DNA from: Strigamia acuminata
Taxonomy: Eukaryota
Assembly: GCA_949358305.1 (NCBI GenBank)
Contig: OX442314.1
Coordinates: 28,582,001 to 28,646,000 of the forward strand
DNA length: 64,000 bases
Direction: 5' to 3'
Below the pieces are notes generated by a model, which worked only from the letters and a program-made list of their open reading frames with translations, did not search any database and had not been told where the DNA came from. Positions 20,406 through 35,406 of this stretch are shown piece after piece. A program made the translations under genes and the position numbers. Position 1 is the stretch's first letter; the number at the start of each line of letters is the position of its first letter.

Positions 20406-23400
20406 TTACTTTTTACATGTTACAAACAACAATGAAATGACATTCTGTAATAGCTCTGGTATTACCAGCAACGACAAACCAAAAAACAAACCAAAACTAT
20501 TTCCCACATCACAGAACAGAGCGTTTAGGCTGTATACATCATATTCTTTAAATTTCTCTATTAAATTATTTACGGGCATAATTGCAGCAACTGACACAAT
20601 ACTTGTGTTAGGTTGTTGAAAATAAACACGTGTTTGGTATATATTCTCTGTGCAGGAAGGTTGACAGTAACATTCTTTCTTTATGTCGGTCTTCAGAGAT
20701 AAATGAATAAACGTGGACAAAGCTTCTTTGGCTTCTTCGGCAGAGCTGCATGTGTTGGTCAAATTGTTCTCGGTGAAAGGTAATCTAGTTGAATACAGCA
20801 GTAATATAATATTATTTTACAACACATGGCAATTTGTATAGAAATTAGATGAATGTTTCAATTTCAATGAACTTTGGCATTTTTGGATGAGTGACTTACT
20901 TGCATTTGATTGATTGAAATTTACTTCGAAAGCATTCGTTTCGGCATCGGACATGCTCTTCTCGTGCGACGCAGGCATGTGATTTTAAATTAAGTGATAT
21001 TTTCTACAGCGATTAAAAATAATTTCAATTTTATGACTGCAACATGAAAATATACTCTGGCTCATCGTAAATGTGTACCCAGTTCCTTTTGGCCGAGCCT
21101 GTTTACTCCTAACTGTTGCCTTTGTACTACCACCAGGAAATGTAGTTTTGTTGTGTTTTTAATTTGTTTGATTATTGTAATGGTTGAAATAATGTTAATT
21201 GACTTTTATTTAATAATAAAATGTTTTAAAAAATCTTAAAGCAATGCTGTTATTTTTTCAAAATACATGTTTGTTCAGTTCGTTCAGTTTATTGGTTGCT
21301 TTTTCAGGAAAGCAAGCAATTTTTGAATTTTATGATTGATTGTTTTGTCTGGCAAGCACTCAACATGTATTTTGGCCTATTTTTATTTATACCCTAGTGA
21401 AATGGCTCGCCAATAGAAACTGGATACCCACTTACGATGAGCCAGAGTAATTACTTTACTTTTACGTATTCAAGTGATATGATGCTTTGAGTTTTTCCTA
21501 CTGGCAATTTTAAAGCAGAAATGCAAAAAACCCAAAGCATCTATAGTACTGTACACTTGTTCAATCCAAAAGAGTCCTTTCTCCCATTACTCTCATTACT
21601 CTCATTACTCTCATTACTCCTAACTCTACCACCAGGAGAAGTATTTTTTATTTTTATTTATTATTGTGATTATTATGATCGTTTAAATTGATACCGATAA
21701 TCGGCAACCGAATATCGGCCAATACCGATACCTGCGCCGATATTTAAATTAAAATATCCAACCCACCCCCCAAAATAATAAAAAAAAAAATTTAAATTGC
21801 GTTTATTTTATTTAAAAAATTTAAAATTTAAAATTTAATGTAACCTTCTACAAGTATACAGGGTGTCCCAAAAGTCTGATCCACCCTAAATATTTCGTGA
21901 GCAATTGCATCTCGGCCAACTTTGATGAAGCGATCGTATAGGAAGTTGGGTGAGAGCAATCCAATGATGTCATCAAATTTGACCTTGAAGGCCAATTTCA
22001 AGGTCATTCACTTGCTAACTTCTAAACCAATCAGGTTTGAGAAAGATTTTCAATTACAAAGTTGTAGAGCACCATCTAATTAGTCTATACTCAAAACCAC
22101 CCCATTGTTGATCTGTTTACGCCTAACTTTGTACTGTGTTCTACTACGTGGAAAAGTAGTTCTGTGTCAAAGCATCACTTTTGACAATGTTGGTAATCGA
22201 GCACAATGTCTGGAGTTCGATTACAATTCTAGTGTTTTAGACTACTTTTTTGTGCCACTACACCAGTGAAATAGATCAACGTTGGAGTGGTTTTGGGTAT
22301 AGAACTGTTCTTAAAAAAATTATCTCTTACTGAAAAGTTTTGAGAAAAAAGGTTTGAAATATTGGTCTACTCAGCTTTGTAACCTAAAACTATTGAGGCA
22401 ACCAAGCTAATCCTCAATTAGGACACATTATTGGGTCATACTTGTAAGTAGAAGAAAGGAAACACAAAAGAAAGGAAATTATTTATTTTGGAAATACATT
22501 CCACATGATAGGATTACCGAAATATCGGCCGATAGCCGATACCGATATCGATATCGGTCAAAGTCTAGGAGAAAGCACTCTTTTAGATTGAACAAGAAAG
22601 GATCACAAAAGGATACTGTTGCAGTGTACGGGCTTCCCTTGTCAATTTCAAAATGGCCACCACACAAGTTAGATAAGGGACAAATAAACTTCCAATTTCT
22701 CTAATGATTGCAGATGAAGCATTCAAACCCAAAAGTAAGCATTTTTCTAATTTCACTACAATGCATACATACATTAACAAATGTAAATTGCATTATTGAA
22801 GAAGTAGACTGCATGAGGTTCCGCTGACTCGTAAGAATAGATTCTATCTTTGCTCCAGGTGGCCGCACATACAACTGAGGAGATAAAAATATCGATCAGA
22901 TTCAACTTTCAACAAACATCAGAAAATGTTGACAGAGAAGCACACTAAATACTAATGTCAATGTTAGATGCTAATAAAAAGTGCAAAGTGCACCTACCTG
23001 CCACAAGCCATGAGAACATGTGATGTCTTTATTTTTTATAAAGCTTAACAAAACCGTTGATCCAACTCCAGCAAACTTCATTGGCTCTAAATTGAATTAA
23101 CAACTCACGTAATTTTAATATTTATTTAAATTGTTCTAGTACTTAGTTCGAACTCGAAGCATCTTCCCGAATGCATGTTTATATCATCCCTACTAAAGGT
23201 ATCGTTTTTTTTCCTCAACCCAGCTCCCTGGTGTGAAAGATTAAATAATTATACGTCAGAAATAAACGAGACAACAAGAAAAAACAACTACTTTCAGTAC
23301 TGCATCCACGACGTATTCATCAAATCTCGGTTTCTGGTATTCCCAAACCTTTTCGAGTGATGGTTTTTTATCACTCTTCATTAGATCAATAAAATGAACT

Positions 23401-26400
23401 TCGCACTGGTGCTTTTTAATCTTCTTTGCATATTTTTTCGTGTACGCTGCCGTTAAAAGGCCTTCAGTGCAGGCAATTACATTAGGCATGTAAATTGTGT
23501 TGTTTTCGTGAACTGTAACGACTGTTTTGGTCGGTTCGCTGTAGTAAAACTGGATTTTAGTTGCGACGACATACGATGCAATTACAGCACCTGCAAACAA
23601 AACGGTGTATTGCACATAACGAGTGGTTTTTGATTTATATGCAATAATTTTTTTGTTTTTCCTCTCCAGCTTTCCGTGAATCTTCACTATTTTGCTAGCA
23701 ATTTTTTTCGTCGACGGCCTTCTTTTAACGCTCTCAAATAGCCGCTTAGCAATCCATCGAATTACAGCCAATAAGGACAACAAGGACAAGCCCAATGCAA
23801 ATCCCAAATTTCCACCTAAGTCCACCAAAAGTGCAATTTCGTCATAGAGATATTTTTCAGTTAGGACGACGTATGTCGCATCATTTTGCGTCATTTTGGT
23901 AATTACTATATTTTCATCCGTGAATTTCTCCAGAACGAGGTGGTAATGATATGCGTTTTTTAAACAAGGTCGCAAGCAACCACAATCTAATGTTGCCAGT
24001 GTGGATAATTCTTGTTTGTACGCAGCCTCGTGAGTTTTAGATACAATGGCCTTATTTTTTACGGCACTGCAATCACGAACTGCATCATTAAAAGGCATGT
24101 AGGGTAATCTGTAATTTAAAGATGTACCATTTAAAGTCAAGAAACTCAATATTAAGTAAAAAACAGATGGGCACTTCCTCTTTTTTCTGATTTTCTTCAC
24201 TTTGTGCCTGGATATGGTCTTACCCGCGCAGTATGGGGATTTACAGCACGGGAGGGACGCATACATCACGTAAACGAGACAGAGACTCCAGATTGTTGGG
24301 TTTTGGCCTTTAATCCGTTGTCTAGGGGTTGGGGTCTCCCATCTCACTGTGTGGAGTGCTATTAAGCATGCTACATTGGCAACCGTCCCGTCGCACACAG
24401 GGCATAGCTCCCATGTACGACGTGGTTGGATACCTCAAACAAACATTCTGCCGTACTTACCTATGGCCCATGAAGCCACTCATGGTACTGCAGCAGTCAC
24501 CTCGATCTGCCACTGAGCGTCACAGTGGTGAATGGTGAGAGGAGCGGAGACGGCAGTTGTCTCTGCCATTGTTAGGACCGTGGCAGCTCACTCTGGCACG
24601 TCTTCACTCTCGGCTCCCTCAGCAACGTCTTCGCTATCACCACACCACTCTGCTCTGTACCTCCCTTACTAGGCCGGTCCACTCTTCCAAGACGGGGACG
24701 GCTTGGGGTCACCAGGCAATGTGTGGAGTGACGTAGGTCACTAGGGTGGCCAAACGGTCACAACTTAGTGACAATGTTTTAACGTGATTATGATTAATTG
24801 TTGGTATAATACACAAAAATGTGGACTAACCGACATTCCGGCTTTAAGATTCTAGCCAGACAATCTTCGTAACATTTGACGTTTAGCTGTTCGTCTGGGC
24901 TGCAAAACGGGTAGTTTGATGGTAAAAAATTGTACTGGAAACGAATAATTATTTCAATACATTTATAGCTACAATTAAATCCTGTTTATATCTCACTTGT
25001 ATGATGAAACACCAAAAAGCACTTACCTGCCGTAAATGAAAATCCACAAACAACACGTTACCAACTTGTATTGTCATTGCATATCCATATGGTTGCAGAG
25101 GATTTATAATAGCAATCTATTAAGGAGATAATTTAAAATTTAAAGATATACTATTAAATAGATGACTACACGCAGTATTGTCAACGGAGGGAGTTGGTGG
25201 GTCCACCCTGTAATCTCCAGAATCCCAGGAGACTTCAGAGCAATCGTTTTTTCACACAAGAGAAACAGACGGAGCATGCATGAGAAGAGAGTTCTGCAAA
25301 GCATTATCGTCTGATTTGTAAGTATGCCACCTTGGGGTCACAACCCCAGATGTCCCCGCAACGTTTGAGGTTAGAGAAAAATTTTCAATCAGAAAGTTGG
25401 AGTGTCCGAACTCCATTTTGTTTATTGTTATTTTATGACGCGCTTGCCTTCCGCAGCGCCCCCTGTACAATTCTGTTGAATAAATCACTTATGTTAATTT
25501 TCACCTACAACATGGCTGCTTCATAACCAACTTCCACATAATTACATCTTTAAAACAATTCATCGAGACCAAAGAACACATTAATTGGCGACGAGAGATG
25601 AGTATTTGACTGAATCCAGCAACTTACAAACTTTTGTGCTCTTTTTTGGATCTTTTGATGAACTTTTTGCCACCGACCACGTGTCTTTGACCACGCGTTG
25701 ACCGTTAGGCCTGAACTTTGATTGTAAGTTTTTGCTCGATTTTACCGACTTTACCGCTCGAAAATGCCTTTGGTTGCGGCACCCGAAAAGTATAACCCAC
25801 TAGACGACTGGGAGACGTATTTAATGCAAATCGAATGCGTTTTCTCCTGCAATAAAATCGTCGACGACAAGGAAAAAGTGAATACGCTTTTGGCCTGTGT
25901 GGGTATGGCCACTTTTGCCAAGTTCGTGGATCTCGCCAGACCGAAAAAGCCGACGGAGTTAACGTTTAAGCAGCTCACAGACTTAATGATCAAAAACCAG
26001 AAACCTAGACCGGTGAAACAAGGTGAAATCGTCCGTTTTCGAGCTCGTAAGCGCAACAAAGGCGAGTCCGTGAGCGACTTTGCAGCCGCTCTTCACTCAC
26101 TCACCAAGTATTGCGACTTCAACACTGCCCAGGACGACGAGATGCGAAACCAGTTCGTGATCGGTTTGAACATGCGGCAGGTTCAAGAGACGCTTTATGT
26201 GCAGAAGAACTTGACTTTTGCGTTAGCCCTCGAAGCCGCTACCTCCGCCGAAATCGCCGGAGCCGACGTGTCCAGTTTTGTTGATGCGCAACAGTCCGTA
26301 CACCAGCTGCGCAAGTCGGGAAACTCATCACGTCAACATGCGAACTCGCAAAAAGGAGGCAAACGTCCCTCGAGGGGCACCTCCGGTCAGCAGCACCAGC

Positions 26401-29400
26401 AGTCAGACCACTCGAAGCCACAGCACGAAAAACAAAAGTGTAAACACTGCGGCAAATCTGGCCACCGCCAGGACGAGTGTCGTTTTCGCACTGCAAAATG
26501 CCACGATTGCGGCATTGAGGGCCACATTAAGCCCATTTGTCGCGCCACAAAATCGATTACGAGCGCTCATCACACGACGATCTCAGCACCTCGAAAATTG
26601 ACGTTCTACGCCGTCCGCATGAAGGAACTGCAAACCCCAAACTCGGTGAACGCAGTGGCCCTCCGACACACCAAACCTTTGGTACTGGAGCTTCGTATCG
26701 CCGACATTCTCCTCTGGATGGAAATTGACACCGGAGCGAGAGCGACGATCGTTAGTTGCGAGATGTACGCCAAGCTTTTTTCGAAATTTCCGCTTAAATC
26801 GCTCGGCACGGAATTATCATCGTACGACAGCGACGCTTTGCCTATGGCGGTTGTGTGCACTGTTCCTGTGGAATACGCCGGCAAATCGTTCACCTTACCG
26901 TTGTGTGTGGCTGAGCACGGCCAAGTCCCGTTGCTAGGCCGCGATTGGATAGACATTTTCGGTCTCCTCGACGTTGCTGGTGCAGCGCTGCGCGCTGTCG
27001 TTTACCAAGCCAAGCCGGGAGTTCCATCGAAGTCAGCTCGCAAACGTGCGATTCGCCAGCGAGCCAAGCATCCACCCGATCCAGAACCAGATTCGACATC
27101 CGCCGTCGCTCCTACTCGCGACACGGAACCGCTGCCTGCGCCGCGCGACGAGCCGCTTTCTCTGTCGATTATTGCTGCCCCTGCGTGTGGATTGGCTTCC
27201 CGCAAGGCTGCGGCAGCTAAAGATGCTGCTCCACGCTGCTCGGCGAGCGAGGAAGATAAAATCAGACTTGAATCTATTTTACAGAAGCACGAGAACGTTT
27301 TCCGGGACGAAATTGGCTGCTACAACGTGGCACCGGTGAGTATCGACATCGATCCGAATTTCAACCCAATTGTTTTGAAGGCGTACCCGGTGCCACTCGC
27401 AGTCAAGCCAGCTCTCGAAGTGGAACTCCGTCGTTTACAAGCGCTCGGGATCATCACGCCAGTCGCCTCCTCACGTTGGGCGACCCCAATTATGCACGTC
27501 AAGAAGGTGGACGGTTCCATAAAAATAGCCGGATGTTACAATCGGACTGTCAATAAGGCGGTTCTACCGTGTTCATATCCGTTGCCGTTGTTTGCCGACG
27601 TGGCTGCAAACTTGTCGGGGGGAGAGTCGTATTCAATCCTCGACATGAACCACGCGTACAACCAACTCCGTTTGACCGCTGCCAGTTCCGAATTATGTAC
27701 GATAAACACTCATTTGGGTTTGTTTTTGGTTAATAGACTTTTTTACGGGATTTCGACCGCTCCTGCATTATTTCAACGCACGATGGACATCTTGACAGCG
27801 GACGTTGGCAACACGCAGCCTTTTATCGACGACTCGGCGGTTACTGGCCCAACGAACTCGGATCATCTGGTTAATTTGGACGCATTACTCGGCGCCTTCG
27901 ACGGAGCGAATTTAACGTTGAATCGAGGCAAGTGCAAATTTTTGTGTGACTCTGTCGACTTCCTTGGCCTCCGTATTTCTAAGCACGGGATTGCTCCAAT
28001 CGAGTCCAAGTTGGCGCCGTTACGCAATGCTGGTCGGCTCACCGACGTGACTTCACTTAAATCCTTCATAGGCCTTGTTAATTACTACGGCCGTTTTATC
28101 AGCAACTTGTCGACTTTGCTTGAACCGCTGTACCGACTCACTCGTGATGATACGAAGCGGGAATGGTTGGACGTCCACGAGAAGACGTGGCTGAAGGTGC
28201 GTGAGTCGGTCTCCGTCGATTCGGCTCTCGTGCATTACAACCAGAAAGAAGAAGTGTTCCTGACTGTGGATGCTTCGCCTGTCGGCGTCGGCGCATTTTT
28301 ATCGCATCGTGACAAGACTGGACAGCACCGACCAATAGCATTTGCTTCATCGTTGTTGTCAGCCGCTCAACGCAACTACGCGCAGATCGAGCAGGAAGGT
28401 TATGCCATCATTTATGGCATCAGAAAGTTCCACCATTACCTTTTTGGTCGTCGTTTTGTTTTGCGAACGGACCACAAACCACTCGTATCGATTTTTGGCG
28501 ACAAAAAGGGTTGCAACCAAATTGTTGCAGCTCGATTGCACAGGTGGGCAATTTTCCTGTCTGCTTATGACTATCAAATCGAGCATCTGCCTGCTGTGGA
28601 CAACGCGATCGCGGACGGCTTATCTCGCAATCCGCAACCTGTCGTCGACACTTCGGAAGACTGTGATTTTCACATTAACGAATTATTGTCGGTCTCAGTT
28701 TAAGATTTTCCGGCTTCAAAACCTGCATTGCAATCCGCGTACGCAGCAGACCCTCTTTTACAACAGGTGCTTCTCTGTGTGCGCAATGGATGGCAATCGA
28801 AGACACCGGAATTGCGGGACTTTTACAAGCACCGAGATGCTTTTTTGATTTACAATGAATTTCTTTTTCTCCACGACAGATTAGTTGTTCCTGCGGACTT
28901 TCGTGCGTCGATCCTCGTTGAGTTGCACGCAGGCAACTTTGGTATTGTGAGGACCAAATCCTTGGCACAATCTACAGTTTGGTGGCCAGCCATTGACGCC
29001 GACATCGAGCGGACAGTGCGCTGTTGTGACGCCTGCCAACGCTCGCTGCCTGATCCTCCTCGCACGTCCACCGTTCGTTGGTCAATTCCGGACGAAGTTT
29101 GGGGACGTGTCCACATTGATTTTGCGGGACCATTCTTGGGCAAGACGTTTTTGTTGGCGGTTGATGCGAAATCGAAATGGTGCAAAGTTCGCGCCATGAC
29201 CTCGACCACAGCTGCCGCGACAATCAACGTTTTGGAGGACTGGTTTTGTCAGCACGGACTGCCCATCCACGTGCATTCCGATAACGGCCCGCAATTCACG
29301 GCGAGAGAATACCGAGAATTCCTGGAAGACAATGGTATCCGGCACACCTTCTCACCGCCGTACCACCCCGCCACAAACGGAGCAGTCGAAGGATTTGTCG

Positions 29401-32400
29401 GAACGTTTAAACGACAAATGGAGAAATTTATCGCCTTGAAATTCTCCCCCACTGATTCCCTCCGACAATTTTTATTCTCCTATAGATCGACACCGCACGT
29501 GACGACGAAGAAGACGCCTGCAGAAATTTTTTTGCGGCGTACGATGCGCACTCGACTTCACCTCCTCAACCCGCGCCTTCTGCCGACCTCGGCATTACTG
29601 GAAACGGCTAGAAGTTTTGCAGTCGGTGATGCAGTTTTCGTTCGAGATTATCGTCATTCGGATAAGTGGATCCCCGGCATTGTGAAAGAAATTGTTTCCT
29701 CGACAACGTACACTGTCGAAATTGCGGCTGGAGTGTTGTGGTCTCGTCACGTTGACCAGTTGCGGAAACGTGCAACAATTGGACCACCTCTTCCAATTGA
29801 AGGGGATGAATGCAGCTCGGGCCCATTCGTAATGCCACAAACTGCATGTTTGGCTCCGCCTGTCGTCCTGCCTCAACCTCAACCTCAGCTGATAATTCCT
29901 GCGCCTAACCAGAACTTGCCTAACGCGCTTGCAACTCCGCCGCCACCACCTTTGCCTGCGCCGTTGCTCCCTGCGCTTCTACCGTTGCTTCCTGCTCCTC
30001 CGCCGCCTCCGCATGTGCTCCAGCCGTTGCCGCAATCGCCTCCACCAGCTGCTCACTCCAGACGGTCGGCAAGAAAAAGGAAAAATACGGTTACTCAACA
30101 AATAATTAACTCATTCGTGTTTGTTGTTATATTTGTTTATTGATTCGTTTATTACAATGTTAATTTGAAATGTCAACCTTTGTTAGAGTAATTGCTCCCC
30201 TGATTGGTCATCAATTAAGGGGATACTGGAGTGTCCGAACTCCATTTTGTTTATTGTTATTTTATGACGCGCTTGCTTTCCGCAGCGCCCCCTGTACAAT
30301 TCTGTTGAATAAATCACTTATGTTAATTTTCACCTACAACATGGCTGCTTCATAACCAACTTCCACATAATTACAACTTTAAAACAATTCATCGAGACCA
30401 AAGAACACATTAAAAGTTGTAGAGCACCATCAAATTAGTACTATCCAACTTATCTTAGTCATCTTAAGTTAATTGACTTTGTTTTAAAATGAAATAAAAT
30501 CAGCTGAAATAAAGCCAGCCAATGCAGCAAAAATTTAATTTCTACTGCAAAAGTATTGAATTTCTTCAATAAATGTATTCAAATTTGCTTTATTGTACAA
30601 GTAAACAGGAAAAACCACTAGGCGCATTCAATAACTTTTCGTCTAAATTTTCGTCTCCACGAATTTTTAGACGAAATGTTTTGTTTCTGAATGCAATCGT
30701 TTATTTGGTAAATAGAATAAACGATTGTGTGACTGTCAAACTTGATGTGGAATTACAGATCAAGTTCTAGTTCTAGGCCATATACCGCTGCAAGTCGCAC
30801 ACGGGTATTTTTTTTCGAGATTTTGCTTCCCTCGCTTTTTACTATTGTTTTCAGCCCAAATAATAACCATAGTGATGATTATTATTGTCGTTTACTCTAA
30901 ATAAACAATAACTGCTTCAAAATTGTACTTACGATCGAGATGTTTGCGACCGATCTATCGGAAATCCAAGATGGCTGCCAACAATACCCGATTTGCAAGA
31001 GTTTTCTCGTTACACGAAGATTTAAACGCCCTATTTAGGTCGTTTATTTTCAGCCCGTTTAAACCCATTTTAAACGAGCTTTTAAACGAGAATCTCGTTT
31101 AAAAGTTCGTGCAAACGGGTTTAAACGATCGTTTTGGAGTTATTGAATGCGCGTACTGTCTTTTTTTAATGTCTAAATTATTTTATTTTTTTAAGAATAA
31201 AAAATTTCAATTTGCTAATTTTTTTTTTTTTTAAAAAAACAGTTAACTTAAGGTGACTAAGATAAGTTGGATAATACTAATATGATGGTGCTCTACAACT
31301 TTGTAATTAGGAATTTTTCTTTAACCTGAATGGTTTAGAAGTGTGGTGATCTCAAAATGATTCACTACTTAGAAGATGAATATATTTTGTCTCCTAATTA
31401 ATTTGGCTTGGCACACGCCAAGTCAGATCATGTGACCAAGGGGAGGAAACTTCCCTAGGCACATATCACCCCAGGTTGGCCGCGGTGAAAACGGCAATTA
31501 ACCGTTAAGGTGCAATAATCCTTTGTTGCACCAGTTTTAACTAATTGAAGCGTGCCAGGCTCGCGCCCGCGCTTCAATCGAGACTCTTGAATATACAACA
31601 CAACCCACAACATCACTGCTTTTCTACTCCGACTAAAAGTATTGACAGTGGACCGTGTTCTTCAAGTTTCACCAGCTTGCTTTGTACCAACGTAGCCGCA
31701 GCTAATTTCCGCATTCGAGAAGAGAAGTTCCCGCCAGACGTGAACCACTGCCATCGCTGACGCGCGAACGTTAGCCATCGCCGTTGTACGCCGAACGGAA
31801 GCCTGCCCGACGTAAACCACTGCCTTCGCGCCGTCGTACGCCGAGTAGTAGACTCACGTGAACCATCGTCGAAAGGACCATCGTACGTGAGTGTCGAGAG
31901 GAAAATAGAAGCCATTTTCCTAACAACTAAGCGTTGTTAAGCACAATTGTCGTGCTTTTTCACGTGCAACAGTCGTTGCACGTATTTCCATTATTTCGCG
32001 ACTTGTCGCTTTATTCCCATATTATTCTCGTATTATCCGTATTATTACTGTATTTAACCGAATAAAAACATATTGTGATTTTATTGATAAAACCTGTTTT
32101 TTATTTCCTATTAAATTAACCCTAGATAATTTAGGCCGCGATATAAGTCTTTTATAGCATTGACCTGCGGTTTCTGCTTAATTTATTAGAAATTAAGTAG
32201 AGAAAAACCCGGATCGCAGCAGAAGTTAGCAAGTGAATAACCTTGAAAATGGCCTTCAAGGTCAAATTTGATGACATCATTGGATTGCTCTCACCCAACT
32301 TCCTATATGATTGCTTCATCAAAGTTGGCCTAGATGCAATTTTTCAGGAAATATTTGTAGGGGACCAGACTTTTAGAACACTCTGTATAATAATATTCGT

Positions 32401-33867
32401 GTAATTATTTCATTCCTGTCTGTGCTCTCAGCTGTTAACTAAAGCCGTTACCAGTCGCTTAGCAACGGAACTGCCAAAATTAGGGGGTTGCTAAGGCAAA
32501 CTCCTAATGAGCACCGTTGCCTGGCACCGAAGCGTGCCAGATAAACGCCATGCATGCGCATTGGCCGATTTTCCGGCTAAATTCTGCAGTAATATTTGAT
32601 TATTAATCATTCTTTTAGCTACACTCAGTACCTTCACCAAGCTGTCACAGCTCTGCTACAAACGCATTGTTTTGACCAGTGATTTGTGAGACTCAAAAGA
32701 TTCAACCTTGATTTGTTTTACATTTGAATTACTTATTTAATTCCCTAGACATTATTTTTACTGGCCAAATTAGATAGAAGACCAGAAACGGCATTCAACT
32801 GGTTCCACCATTTGAATTCCGGGACTCGTATTTGTGAATAAATATAGATTTTTATATTTATTCGATCAATTCTTTGTTGGAAAAATCCAGGAACGCAGCA
32901 CACCAAACATAAGGTTTGGCAAATTCTCCATTGGGATTGGATTTCTGATCAGGTCAGTGGAATGAATGGACCCTAGTGATCTGACTAATCTTTTTAGAAA
33001 AGGGTCAATAAGATAAGAAGTAATAATACGGTCATAAGTGGAGTTTTGCAGTTTCCATTTCGACGTAAACTCCAATCGAGTGAAAATCCTTCACTCATGG
33101 ATAAACCTAAACCGAAATGGAATGATTTAAATTAAAAAAGATGTACTCTACTTGAACAAATATTACTTACTAGTCGTCAATACTAAGGTAGATCCCGTGC
33201 TCGTGTCCTTTTCACTAATTTCTACATTGGAATCAGATGCTATCAAAACACTGCCATTTCGACGCACTTGAGACAGAATTTTGTTGTACTGCAACAATAA
33301 TCAACTCTGTTAATCAAATAATCAAATTACAATTGAAATAAAATCTATTTCTATCCTACATCAACCACATCGATAGCGTACCTTTTTAACTCTTACAAGC
33401 TCAACATTTCCCATTAAACTCGAATCGCTCCACAGCCGAGTGTAGTTGTCAATCTCGGTATTTAAATTGATTAGTCCTCTCACTGCACTTCCACAATGTT
33501 TAAATTCCGAAGTGACGTCACCTTCAAAATGTAGTGGCCACAAAGCGGTCAAAGCCGCAGTGTCGAACCCTGCTGCAGAGAAGCCGAGCAGTTTTAAGTG
33601 TGTTGTCTCTTTAAATTCAATGTTAACTTCAACCGGTCCAGACATGTAATAGCGTAGTCTGTCATACGTCTGGTAACAGCAAATGCCCGAGCAAAAACCG
33701 ATTGCAATCAGCCACAGAATTCGGACCGAAAGTGATATTCGTTCGTCCAAAATCTTGTTGATTATCGGTAGGGAATTCATCTCGATTGAATTTTCAATTT
33801 GTTCTCTACATAAATACCTAATGCGATGTTTTCGTTTGATGACTCGTCGGTTTCTCGCGAGTGCCAT
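20406..33867 (-). CDS. Tandem two-subunit DEG/ENaC channel gene, copy 2 (multi-exon; introns expanded by TEs)
   Basis: Exon 1 33867-33382. Fusion exon ~24109-23290 with TM2 (LLVDLGGNLGFALGLSLLS) then a second TM1 and MPNVIAC. Last exon ~20785-20406 with CYCQPSC and DVGNSFGLFFGLSLL. Not every small exon was checked for lesions. Confidence 0.82.
21690..22567. mobile_element. Partial hAT-type MITE (CCGATA repeats) containing a Tc1-like MITE arm from ~21859
   Basis: Shares sequence and the ...GGTCAAAGTCTA terminus with 57498-57873. TACAGGGTGTCCCAAAAG arm is homologous to 32222-32386. Absent from copies 3 and 4. Confidence 0.65.
24203..24762. mobile_element. 560-bp solo LTR
   Basis: TGTG...CACA termini, ACTT TSD; empty site in copies 3 (~39470) and 4 (~50817). 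Relatives at 6778-6820, 49542-49648 and 58097-58646. Confidence 0.85.
25398..30412 (+). mobile_element. Full-length Mag-like Ty3/gypsy retrotransposon
   Basis: 186-bp LTRs at 25398-25583 and 30227-30412 (2 mismatches seen), AAAGT TSD, PBS TGGCGACGAG (tRNA-Ser(GCT)-like), PPT AAGGGGA. Confidence 0.93.
25764..30143 (+). pseudogene. Single-frame gag-pol with one in-frame TAA (28701-28703) between RNase H and integrase
   Basis: Two CCHC knuckles, DTGA protease, FIDD RT, VDAS/TDHKPL RNase H, HIDFAGP/SDNGPQF integrase. ORFs 25764 and 28728 share a frame. Confidence 0.9.
31342..32221. mobile_element. 880-bp solo LTR
   Basis: TGTGGTG...GCAGCA termini, GAAG TSD; removal restores the MITE arm (tttagaagttagcaagtg). 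Confidence 0.8.
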
Positions 33868-34670
33868 ATTGCGAGTGGAGTTGTTGTCCGTTAACGCGCA
33901 CTGAAAATGTATTACAAAAAATTCAATAATGATTTTTAATTTATTTTTAGAATAAGCCGCACTGACCGTGACAAGGCCTAATTTAAATTTAAATTTATAC
34001 AAAATTAAAAAAAAATGTGCACTCTTATAATTATTATTTTTAACGATTTCACAGAGACAACTTTTAGTTGAATTTTTTATTTGAAATTTTTTAAAAAGCC
34101 GATCACTAACTAAATTTTCTACCTGCAGTGTCGATAAAATTAAGTGACTTGATATGACCGGTTTTCGGTCACGTGCAATAAAGTTTCCGCATGGCCTGCA
34201 AATCTTGATAAGACAATCTCACCACAAGACAAGCGTCTTGGTCCTTCTCCATTCCATTCTTGTTTTCCACTCAAAATTCAAATGTTAAATTTAATAATTA
34301 AAAAAAAATGATTGACAACACCAGGCAAATCTTTATTTTCGAGAAAGTAGAAACTTTTTAAGATTTTGATAAGCACCCGCTTATGCTTCACTGCAGCATA
34401 ATCTGAAATTAGACCATAAAGACAAACACTTGTTGTGATCCGGAAATTGATTTGAATAAATACTTACCTTTTATCCAAATAACTCACAATCGAGATGCCT
34501 CTGTGGGGTTTAAACTCTAATAGCCTGTAAAAATGTGTCTAGGGGTGTTGAAAAATAAGGAATACAGTTTTGATTGAACAAAAATAGTAAATTGTGCTTT
34601 ATTCGTGGAAATTACAAATGATTTAGGAAATATAATATATTATTACTAAAATATTAGAGGTTAAATTTAA

Positions 34671-35406
34671 AGGTCATGGGAAGAGAAATGAAAATTTTCT
34701 CTCATGTCTTCAAAATAACCTGAAAAAAGGTTATGTAACATTTTTAACAGTCAAACTTACCGGGTATATTTAAAAGCATTGTTAAACTTCTAACCGAGTA
34801 GTAATTGTTCCGCCATGACAGTTTTCAAAAGTTTATAAATACTGTCACCAGGTGGCGTTATTTATACGTCCTCGACGACAAACAAGCAGGCATAATACTA
34901 TTATGAAGCAGGTGAATTCAAGCAAAAATTCGTGATTTTAGCATGTTTTATGCGTTTGTGACGAAGGAGATGTTAATTTGGGTGTTTTAACTACATCTGA
35001 GGTTTCAGGTGTGTTTTTAGCTATAACATCAATGTTTTTAGCTACAAAGTTGATGTTGAATCAAAATTTTTATCTACAAAAATTGATATTTTCCCACTTT
35101 TTGATCAATTTTGGCATTCCACAGCTGCACAATACCCCGTGATTAACAAATGAGTAAAGTGTGCGGTAACAGTGTTATTAAGAAACAATGTACGCATGAT
35201 GTGTGTTTACCTCGTGTTTACAAATGACGTCATCGACGACATAAAATTCCCAGAATGCAATGCACAAAATGGCTCCCTTTTTCAAATGGTAAAAACATGA
35301 TCTGATCATGTAAAACCACTCGTACTTAATTATTTCTTAAGTTTGACAGTTAAAATGGTTATTTTAAAGACATGAGAGAAAATTTTCATTACTCTTCCCA
35401 TGACCT
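34671..35406. mobile_element. Non-autonomous TIR element with TTAA TSD (Kolobok-like)
   Basis: ~50-bp TIR AGGTCATGGGAAGAG...; TTAA on both sides; empty site with a single TTAA at ~19163. Confidence 0.85.

Larger units (their letters stand above)
25367..32386. mobile_element. Long-TIR Tc1/mariner-like MITE (left tip deleted) hosting the Mag-like element and a solo LTR
   Basis: Arm 30413-30480 is an inverted copy of ~31240-31320. Right end ...ACACTCTG|TA is homologous to 21859-22076. Absent from copies 3 and 4. Confidence 0.65.
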
